DNA from: Flectonema sp. DT1601
Taxonomy: Eukaryota
Assembly (NCBI GenBank): GCA_964019425.1
Contig: OZ025802.1
Span: 186,001 to 250,000 of the forward strand
DNA length: 64,000 nt
Direction of reading: 5' to 3'
Shown here: piece after piece, positions 23,261-32,098 of the stretch
Layout of the letters: each line of letters begins with the position of its first letter
Numbering within the stretch: position 1 is the stretch's first letter
Notes under the pieces: generated by a model
Seen by the model: the letters and a program-made list of their open reading frames with translations, nothing else
The model's database searches: none
Told to the model about the DNA's origin: nothing
Position numbers and translations under genes: made by a program

Positions 23261-23820
23261 CCTACAAAAAAAAGTTGTCCACCAGGACTCGAACTTGACC
23301 CAAAAATTTGGCTTGCGGCGGGTTTTTTGTTTTTTAGCCTACTAAGCTGGGAAGAGTGCAAGGGGGGCTTGCGTCCGCCAAATTCTTGGCGGGACGCAAG
23401 CCCCCCCCCAACCCCCGAGCCAAACAAGAAGATATCAACACACCTAAAAGTGAAGATAAAGAGAACGTTACGAACATCTTAGATACTCCTTCGACTCCTG
23501 CTTTACATGATTTTGAAGATGTATCAGAGTATGCATCAGAGCTTGATAATTAATCATCTTATACTTTCTATATTTATTGTAGAAGAGTGCTCCACTAGTA
23601 GTGCGCTACGAACTAGTAATAACAAGAAGAATGTTTTTTTTTTTTATAAACATTATAACAAAGTAACTACATCCTAGTCTTGCTAACTAAGATGCTTCAG
23701 TCACAACAGATGATTGACTTACTTCTACACCATACTGATGATGAGAGAATAGAGGTAAGAGGTATATGGATTACTCTCGAAACCTAATAGTTACTTTAAA
23801 AGGCTAAGTTAAGCATCACA

Positions 23821-23922
23821 CCTAGTCACTGTATCTCAGAACTAATGTTAAATTATCGTTATGTTTTTTATGATACAAAACATTTGTATTTTACGTACAA
23901 AATCAAACAGTTAACCCCCCCC
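23821..23922 (-). repeat. ~100-bp dispersed repeat, copy 1 (inside the TIR element)
   Basis: Reverse complement reads GGGGGTTAACTGTTTGATTTTGTACGTAAAATACAAATGTTTTGTATCATAAAAAACATAACGATAATTTAACATTAGTTCTGAGATACAGTGACTAGG, matching 37991-38088 and 51263-51361. Confidence 0.85.
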
Positions 23923-23997
23923 AACCCCCCCCAAGGGGGGAGCCCCTAATAAAAGCCCGCCTGTCCCGTACAAAGTCCAACCTGTAAAAACAAATTT

Positions 23998-24004
23998 GTA
24001 ACTG

Positions 24005-24036
<32 letters not shown>

Positions 24037-24393
24037 TTCTAATTAAAGACGCGCATGAATGGACCAATGAGATTCCTTCTGCCTCTACCTACTATCTGGC
24101 GAACAGCAGTCAAGGGAACGGACTTGAAACTGTCAGCGGGGAAAGAAGACCCTGTTGAGTTTGACTCTAGTCGGGTGTAGTTATAGGTGGGAGGTTTACC
24201 AACAATGAAATACCACTACTCTTATCGTCGCTTTACTTATCCAATGATGGGGGAACGGCAGCTGCCTCTTCGGAGGTTAGGGTCCTTTCGGACTCGTGGC
24301 TTTTCCGATTCCGGCGACAAACGGGCTTCGGCTCGACCCCTCGTTTGGAGACACCAGTCATGTTGGGAGTTTGGCTGGGAGGAGGGCCACATG
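23998..24393 (+). pseudogene. Large-subunit (28S) rRNA fragment, diverged, inside the TIR element
   Basis: Collinear conserved LSU blocks: GACTCTCTTAAGGTAGCCAAATGCCTCGTC, GACGCGCATGAATGG, CAAGGGAACGG, CAGCGGGGAAAGAAGACCCTGTTGAG, TGAAATACCACTAC, GGGAGTTTGGCTGGG. There is an apparent deletion between GACTCTAGT and GGGTGTAG, and no flanking rDNA. Confidence 0.92.
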
Positions 24394-24730
24394 ACGAAGG
24401 CTTCTGAGTCACGAACCTAAATCGATGATGAGGATCGTTAAGCCACATTTCTAAAGGCTTTTACTAACGTGAGAATTTCTGTTGTCGATGGTTCGAATAT
24501 GCCTGACAAAAATTACCTAATTTGGAACTTGAAGTCTGGTGAATTTTGGTTGGAGGTCTTAGTCTCACTGGTGAACTGCACAGTAACATTTTAAAGTGAT
24601 CGATCACACGGGAGGGGTCTTGGTGATTTATTGCAACGGGAATATGTCTCAACTCGACCAGTAGGTGATCAATCCGCCCTTTGACTATGTTTTGGTCACA
24701 TTTTCCGTCTTTACGAAAAAGAGAAAAAAG

Positions 24731-24801
24731 GATGTCACGGGGTTCGAACCCGAGACCTCCGGGTCATGATTCGGCGGTCATAACCAGTAGACCACTGGAG
24801 C
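24731..24801 (-). pseudogene. tRNA-Met(CAT)-derived sequence with intact Pol III A/B boxes and terminator
   Basis: Minus strand: GCTCCAG-TGGTCTACTGG (A box)-TTATGAC-CGCCGAA-TCATGA-CCCGG-AGGTC-TCGGGTTCGAACCCCG (B box/T arm)-TGACATC, then CTTTTTT. D and T arms pair; acceptor and anticodon stems do not. Confidence 0.75.
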
Positions 24802-24865
24802 TCAGAAAATTCTGAAAATTCTCCCGTCATGTTGGGTTGTTTCGAGCGGTTAAAATTTTTGTGAT

Positions 24866-24912
24866 GAGTTGGCGATTTCGCAAACTATTTTTGTGGAATT
24901 AGGGGTTTTCCC
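24866..24912 (-). repeat. Right terminal inverted repeat
   Basis: GAGTTGGCGATTTCGCAAACTATTTTTGTGGAATTAGGGGTTTTCCC, the inverse of 23214-23260. Confidence 0.92.
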
Positions 24913-25068
24913 TTTTTTTTTTAAAAAAAAAAAAAATGGTACAAAATACCTATAAGAAAAATTTCCTGTAAAATAAAACGTGTGGGTGAAACTTCGACAA
25001 TGTTAAAAAACAGTAAGCAATTTTTTTTGGTATTAAAAAAACAAAATTAATATCAAGTACTTGACTGG

Positions 25069-25100
<32 letters not shown>

Positions 25101-28100
25101 ACTTGTAGTTGTTAATCAAAGACAAGGTACGCAAAATAAAATATGGGCGAAAAAAAAAAAGAAGGGAAAACCTAGGGAAAAAAAATCAAATGTATCAGTC
25201 ATTTTTATTAGGCTGCCAACAACAGGGTTGCAACAGATGAAGAATTTGAGTTCCTTTGAGCACCTGCTGCGTATCATGAAATCTGTTCGTAGATATCTGC
25301 GGCTTAAATACTCTTCAAGCTAGTTATAGTCGTTTAAAAAGACGAAAAAAAACTATTCTCAATTCCTTTCCAAGCTGCTCCTTGAAGAAAAAGCAATAAA
25401 ATTAAAGGGGAAAAGGGGAGAGAAAATTCGCTCGACATTCCCAGACGACTCGGAAAAAAAAGAAGAAAAAAAAAGATAACACTGTTGTTGACAAAAAAAA
25501 AGAGAAAAACCATTTCTTTTTTTTTTTTTTTTTTTTTTTTTCCCCCATTCCTCTTCTTGAACAGCTGCAAGAAAAACAATAGTCAATAAAAAAAAAAAAT
25601 AAATAAATAAAAAAAACTCATTTCGGTAACTGCGCAAAGCAAGATGCTGTTACGTTAACCTTAAATAAATAATATAATCAGCCAACACACAATGTGGCAA
25701 GCTGATAACTCCTAGTACCGTATTGCAAGTGAATGAAGTTGCTGCAGAGGTTTCCGTGCATTCCTTTATTTTGTTAATTTATTTCTTTTTTTACGGTCAC
25801 AACATCTATAACGCAAACGCCAAGCAAGCAAGTTGTTGACCGCGGGAAAGGAACGAGAATGGGGTGTGCATGAGTACAGTGATTATCAAAGTATCAGAAC
25901 CTCATTTTTTTCACGTCTACGAACGAAAGAGAATAACAGCAACGCATGTTTCCTTTTTTTTTTTTTTTTTTTTTTTTGGTTTTTTTAGATCTTTCCCATT
26001 TTGTCATTATTGTTTTTTTAAAAAATAAAAATAAAAATAAAAATAAAATCACAATTTTTGCAAATTTTTTTTTTTTTAATGTGGTAAGGAATACACGAAT
26101 TCATGTAACCAGAGAACAGGAAAAAAGAAATTATTGCAACAAGTTTAAAAAAATTAAAAAAAAAAAAAAATCATCCTTGCTACACCTTTAAAGTTAAATT
26201 AGTAATGCCTGAGTGCAGATCACCAAGTCAGTTGGTAAGTTAGATAATAATACTTTGAGAAGATCTCAAGGATTAAATATTTCGTTTCGGTATCCATGCT
26301 CAACGACTATTTTTTTTTTTTTTTTTTTTTTTTTCGTTGTTCTCACCAACAAGGAAACAAAGCAAATCATTGAAACAACTAGCAAATGTTTTCCTACCGT
26401 TGTGAGCACAGCAACTCTCCCTGTTGCGCAAACGCAGAATGTTTAGCAATTTTTTTTTTTTTTTTTACCAACACAAAAGAACTTATAAACTCAATGGCAT
26501 CATATTATAAATAGCAGAAAGCATTGCACAGTACGGCAATATTCAAAAAAAAAAGAGAAGGGGTTGGACGTGAGATTGGAAGTAAACAAGTTTTAGTCGC
26601 ACTGAAAATGAAGGGGGGTTATCATATTTTTTTAAAAAGAGGAGAGAACGGGGGAATGAAAATAGTGCAATTATTATTTTTTTTTTTTTTTTTTTTTTTT
26701 TTTCAAATTTATGTCGAATTATCGATGGAAAATAAAAAAGTAAAGTTACAATAATAACACAGGAAAATAGAAAATCTTTTCAAAAAAAAAAAAAAAAAAA
26801 GGTCGAGCTGCAGAACCATAATTAATGGGCATTACGTTTTGTTTGCTAACGATTCGGTCAGGGAGGGACCCCCTCACTAATTTATTTTTATTTTGCACTT
26901 TTTTTTTCTTTTACATAACCCCCTTTAATTCATTCTATCTTATTTATTTCTTTTTTTTTTAAATCCACCATGATATGTTATCTCTCCTTTTTTAATAAAA
27001 AAAAAGAAAGACTTGCATATAAGTTCACTCACTCTTTTTAAAGAGTTCGGGCTTTCAGATGATGGCATCTCCCTAAAATAGAGCAACTGAAAAAAACAAG
27101 GAGGGGAACACAAAATAAACAGACAAAAAAAAAAAAAAAAAAAAAAGAACGGGTCGTTTTTACACAATGATGTCAAGAAGGCAACAACTGTGAGTAGAGA
27201 GGAGCCGGAATGATCCTGATTTTCTGACCTAGAAGGTCTGTAGGAGAAATCACTAATCAGAGAGCTGAAGGACATGTCGCATTCAGACTTAGCAGAAAGT
27301 CACATTGATTCAAGTCAATAAAAAAAAAAAAAAGAAGAAATAATAACTACAACCCCTCTTCACTGAAAATGAGAGTATTGATATTGCGCTTTTGATTCAC
27401 AAAAAAAAAGGAAGAAAAAAAGAACCCTCTACAAAGGTGTACCTCTGCAGGTTACTCGTCTAGGCTATACTCAACTCCGTGCTGTAAGCCTGATAAGATC
27501 GAAGGTGTTTTTTTTTTACCGCCCAAACCGACACTGTTGTCAGTCAGGGGAAAAAAGAAAAATATTTGGAAAGGCAAAAAAGAAAAGTGGTACTGAAAGA
27601 GGCTAACATTACACTTGGGTAATAAGGAAAGAGAAGATACAACGTAAATAATGAAGGGAATACAATTGGGAATCTCTACCGGCAAAAAAACTGCGAAGTA
27701 AACGTAGCATCAAAGAGAGAGCAGGCAAGCAAACATCTCAAACTATAGCAAACTGTGCGTACGTCGCACTTGCTACAAAAAAAGAAGAAATACGGAATTA
27801 ATGAAAGTTAGCATTGCTGTCAATGTGTTATACTCTCTTTTTTTTTTTGTAACTCTGCTGAGACGTTCAGCAATTTTCGATAATCAGCCTACCAACAATA
27901 AAGAAACAAAACAACCACAAAAAGAAGAAGAAGAAAAAAAAAAAGGAAGAATACACACTAAGAATATCATCAAGAAGAAAAGGGAGAACATCAATTAACG
28001 CTAGTGACTGCGCAATGATGACGTTGTTGCAGTGCCAACGTTTTTGTTCTCCATATATCATACAATAAAAAAAAAAAAAAAAAAAAACTCACTGCCGCAA

Positions 28101-28553
28101 TACTAATTGACAAACCACCATAAATACGAGCTTAGCTCTCTTTTTATTTATTTGTTTTGTACAAACAAAAAAACGAAAACAATAATTCGACAATTTGCCC
28201 CTTTCAGTTTTTTTTTTTTCTTTTTTAAAAAAGCATCGTCAATTATCAAAGAACAGGAACTGGTAGATTTTTTTTTTTTTTTTTTTTTTTTTTAAACGAA
28301 GTGAAGCTAAAGAATACATGCTTCCCAAACCACAATCTGAAAAACAATCTTATATATCTACAATGGAATTTTTATTTTTTTTTAAAACAACTTCGTGTCC
28401 ATTCTCAGTATTTTCCATCATAAAAAGATTCTTGATGGTGTGTCAGATTTCCTTTTAGATAACTCACCCTGAGACATCCTTGACGGTAATATAGATGATT
28501 TATCATGTCACAGAACACGTTATAAGTGAATACCTGTAAAACAGATTAGTAGT

Positions 28554-29576
28554 TTAAGTCCTTCCAGCAAGAAGACATCTCGTACCAGCAACGTGTTTAC
28601 TCGTTCTACTTGACTGCACCTGCATGTTTCTAGCTAACGTGCTAGCACTTGCCCATGCTAATCGACCATGCCATCTGGCAGGAGGGGTGTTGGAACGGAC
28701 TTTTGCCTTTGTTGTGGTTGGAGATTTTGGAATAGGATTTGGTTTAGAAGAATCATTCTGAACGCTGTCTACTACTTCAAATAAAGGAGCCAAGTCTTTC
28801 ATTAAACTAATGATTGCTGCCGGTGGACTTCTTGAACGAAGGGCAGCTGTATTTCTTACGGGAGATCTACTTCTCATGTCTCCTCCAGGAGAAGACTTTA
28901 AAGTCACTTCTCTTGGAGGGGATGCTGTCCTCCTAACGCTAAGGTTCGGGGACTTACTGCGTACAATTGGAATCGGAGATTTGTTTGGAATTTCTCTTGG
29001 TGGAGATAATGTTCGTTTTACACTTACGTTAGGCGACTTACTAGCCGTTGATCTCGGTGTTCTTAAAACTTTTTTAGTTCCTCTAGGTGTTGTCGCCTTT
29101 GGTGATGACTTCTTTCTTCCCTCTAAAAAGGAAAAATCGATATTTCTCATCGCCGTTGGCATTGCAAAACCAGCACCTGATCTCACCGGTGCAGCACCAG
29201 TCAGTTTTGGAGCCTCAGAACACGTGTGAGTGACGATAGCGTCGCTTGTTGTTACGATATCAGTTGTTCTTCTAAAGAATGTTGGTCGTGCTTGACTCTG
29301 CCTTCTCTGAACAACATTCATCTTACTAAACCTCTCTGATGGACAAATTGATTGAAAAGACCTTCTTCTTACATCTTTATCTCCAACCGTAGGCGCTGCT
29401 GAATATAATTTAGCTTTCGTTATCGGTTTAGGACTAGCACTACCAATCCTTTCTCTATCATTATCGACATCGTTTGTCGGAGGCTTTCGATAAGGTCTGC
29501 TGTGTGTTCTCGATGAACTCCTAATAACTGGAGGAGGTGGAATTTCCGCACCGATGGTATTGCACTCAAGCGTCAT
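28554..29576 (-). CDS. Hypothetical basic, Ser/Pro/Arg-rich protein
   Basis: 340-aa ORF with an internal repeat (SKSPNVSVKRTLSPPRE / SKSPNLSVRRTASPPRE). A possible 3' intron at 28534-28585 (GTACGA...CTAAT...TTACAG) would change the C-terminus. Confidence 0.65.
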   Translation of the reverse strand: MTLECNTIGAEIPPPPVIRSSSRTHSRPYRKPPTNDVDNDRERIGSASPKPITKAKLYSAAPTVGDKDVRRRSFQSICPSERFSKMNVVQRRQSQARPTFFRRTTDIVTTSDAIVTHTCSEAPKLTGAAPVRSGAGFAMPTAMRNIDFSFLEGRKKSSPKATTPRGTKKVLRTPRSTASKSPNVSVKRTLSPPREIPNKSPIPIVRSKSPNLSVRRTASPPREVTLKSSPGGDMRSRSPVRNTAALRSRSPPAAIISLMKDLAPLFEVVDSVQNDSSKPNPIPKSPTTTKAKVRSNTPPARWHGRLAWASASTLARNMQVQSSRTSKHVAGTRCLLAGRT

Positions 29577-30367
29577 GTCAGGAGGCTTATCGACTGGAAT
29601 ACAAATATAAAATAAACAACATTATCCAACACAATACACGAGTCTGTTCCTATGCATTACTTCTTATTCAGGCTAAATTGATTTTTTCTGTTTTGGAAAT
29701 AGATATCAACTTATTAGTCAAAAACTGAAAATAATTTTTCAAAAAAAAAAAAAAAAAAAAAAAACAATATAAACGGGGGGTAAGGGCAAAAAAGCGGGGG
29801 TGGTGGTGGTCTCCAGCCTTATTATTATTAATTTTTTTTGGTTTTTTTTTTAAAACAGGACAACAACAAAAAAAAAAGAAAGGGGGACACATCAAAAATT
29901 CATCATTCGCATCAACGCCAGTTACACAATTCAGAGATTTCTTTTGTTTCGTTTTTATTCCATTTTTTTGAATTGCATGTTTAGCTTTTCCAGATCCAGA
30001 TAATACAGTCGAAAATAACAAACTCATAGCCATAAATACATTTAAAAAAAGAAAAAAAAGAGAAAAACACAACTTTCGTTGGTCGGAGGTAATTACAAAG
30101 ACAAGGGTGAAAAAAAAAAGAAGGAAAAAAAAAGGCACGATGGTGAAAACCATCACAAGTTCTATAGAGAAGTTGCTGCTGACCGAAAGGCTTGGTGGTG
30201 ACTGTCTCTATCAGCACTGCGGAGAGAACCAACGTCTGGAAAAAGCGACGTAGAACATGACACGGAAATCTCCTAAATAAAATAGCAAAAAATCAGAAAA
30301 GAGTTGTTAGGAACCGTAACTTGCGTTGCAAAATAAAATTAAAAAAAAAACTGAAAATATAATAAGA

Positions 30368-30460
30368 GATGGGTAGCCGTTTCTCAGGCCCTCTCAAATC
30401 CCTAATTCATGGTATCCGTTAAGCGCCCGCCGCAGTAGGCTAACGTCAATCTGATATGAC
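30368..30460 (-). pseudogene. Degenerate small-subunit (18S) rRNA fragment
   Basis: Minus strand ...AACGG.TA...GAATTAGGG...GAGAGGG-CCTGAGAAACGGCTACC-CATC follows the conserved SSU block GAATTAGGGTTCGATTCCGGAGAGGGAGCCTGAGAAACGGCTACCACATC, with deletions. Confidence 0.65.
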
Positions 30461-30639
30461 TTGCATTACCTCAGGGGCTCTCCCCGTAAATGCGTTGGTT
30501 CTCTGTTTCGCACAAAAAGAACCAAATAACAACGAGTTATGCAAAAATAATTTGTACTAAAGAAAATAACTAGAAATAAAGAACCAAAGGAACCATCGTA
30601 TTGATTAATTCACGCAACTGATTATTAATATTTAGAAAC

Positions 30640-31881
30640 TTAGAAGTTGGTTCGTCGTCTTCCGTGCCCGTTTCGGGGTTCCTGACCAAAGTTTAAAAAT
30701 GAACTCGTGTTACTTTTAGTACTAATTGGGAGTTGCTCAGGAGTGGCACGTCGTCCAAAGCGAGCCGAAGATGGCATTCCTGCTGCTTGCTCTTGTTGTG
30801 TGGGAGTTTGGTTTTGTTGAGGATGCTGAGGAACTGTTTTAAGACCTCCAACAGAGTCTTGGCAATCGGTAAGCGGAGCAGGGGCTGCTGGTACGGTGTG
30901 CTGCTGCTGTTGACCAACAGCAGGATATTGGACTGCGAACTGCTGTTGTGGTTGCTGTTGGTGTAGTTGTTGTTGTTGCAGTTGTTGCTGTTGCAGTTGT
31001 TGTGGATGCTGTTGCTGAGGACTCGTAACTATCGGAGAGGGCTGCTGAGGAGGAAACACGTACGGAGACTGTTGTTGTTGTTGTTGATGCTGCTGTTGGT
31101 GTGGTTGTGGTTGTAGCTGTTGTTGTGGTTGTGGTGGTGGTTGTTGTTGTTGTTGTTGTTGCTGCTGCAGATGTTGAACAGGTTGACTCACGTGATATTG
31201 AACTGGTTGTTGTTGTTGCTGTTGTTGTTGAGGACTTCCTACACTCAGAGGAATAGAATCTAAAAGTCTCGGATTACTTTGCATTCTCCCAATCGATGGA
31301 GTGATAGTCGAAGCCGCAATACTACTCGCAGGAGTAGCAGAACGAGACATGCGAACCCTTTCGAGGTATCTCTGGTACTTCTGAGTCCAAACAACGTCCC
31401 TTTTTGTAACTCTACCACCAGGACCTGAACCTGTAACAGGAGTTGCACCTGCGTTTGGTATGGAGCTGCCTACTGAAGCTTGAGAAAAGCTTTGTCTCGG
31501 TATTGTGTTGTCTGCAGCTGCTGGAACAGACGCTGCGGCTCTCATACTCACAGGTTGAGGAATTGAGTTTAATTGAACTCTCAGAGATTGAATATGTCTC
31601 TCAAGGATACCGATACTGTTGGGATCTACTCCTCCTCTTTTATATTCTTTTAGAGTCTCTTCTTTTTCATTAATTAGATTAGTGAGGTCTCTCCTTCTCT
31701 TTAATGCAATCATATCACTGTTTACATCGGATACACTACTATGACGTTGAGCTCTTCCTTGACAAGATGCAGGATATTGTTGAAACTGCGAATTTTGAGC
31801 ACTCGATGCCGCCGATGACATGCGACTCGATGCCGATCGCATTCCACCACTCGGAGGGGGGTTGTTAGCAAACGGAAACAT
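30640..31881 (-). CDS. Hypothetical Gln/Pro-rich (polyQ) low-complexity protein
   Basis: ~413-aa ORF from ATG 31881, with a short coiled coil and then long CAA/CAG tracts (~30900-31230). Confidence 0.7.
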   Translation of the reverse strand: MFPFANNPPPSGGMRSASSRMSSAASSAQNSQFQQYPASCQGRAQRHSSVSDVNSDMIALKRRRDLTNLINEKEETLKEYKRGGVDPNSIGILERHIQSLRVQLNSIPQPVSMRAAASVPAAADNTIPRQSFSQASVGSSIPNAGATPVTGSGPGGRVTKRDVVWTQKYQRYLERVRMSRSATPASSIAASTITPSIGRMQSNPRLLDSIPLSVGSPQQQQQQQQPVQYHVSQPVQHLQQQQQQQQQPPPQPQQQLQPQPHQQQHQQQQQQSPYVFPPQQPSPIVTSPQQQHPQQLQQQQLQQQQLHQQQPQQQFAVQYPAVGQQQQHTVPAAPAPLTDCQDSVGGLKTVPQHPQQNQTPTQQEQAAGMPSSARFGRRATPEQLPISTKSNTSSFLNFGQEPRNGHGRRRTNF

Positions 31882-32098
31882 CACTTTTGTTGTGTGTCAG
31901 CTACCTGTTTAAATAAGAAATTATTAACTAATTGTCTTTGCTCCTACTAGTCATAAGAATCCCTTGCTTACTAACTCGTATTTCATGCACCTGTATCTAA
32001 AATAGAATTCATACTTAACAACAGAAACAGAAAGGCAATCAAATTAGCGGATTAGAACTTGACGATAAATAAGGAAGTCTGTCCAGAGACTCACTTCA

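Larger units (their letters stand above)
23214..24912. mobile_element. Non-autonomous TIR DNA transposon (Pack-MULE-like) carrying LSU rRNA and tRNA-derived fragments
   Basis: 47-bp terminal inverted repeats (23214-23260 and 24866-24912, 2 mismatches), with degenerate extension inward. Flanked by T9 (left) and T10 (right), compatible with a 9-bp TSD. No transposase ORF inside. Confidence 0.8.

Noticed and set aside
23735..23790. Hammerhead-ribozyme-like CTGATGA...stem...GAAAC inside the TIR element
   Set aside because: Extra bases interrupt the core, and no convincing stem I or stem III pairing could be built by eye.
23998..24393. Functional rDNA locus
   Set aside because: Only ~400 nt, with indels in conserved blocks and no adjacent rRNA sequence.
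24731..24801. Functional tRNA-Met gene
   Set aside because: Acceptor and anticodon stems do not pair.
25250..25305. Possible further antisense LSU rRNA remnant
   Set aside because: Similarity too short and gapped to support.
25000..28400. Numerous short Phe/Lys-rich ORFs (also 29668-30232 and 49700-53460)
   Set aside because: Artefacts of poly(A)/poly(T) tracts with no protein-like composition.
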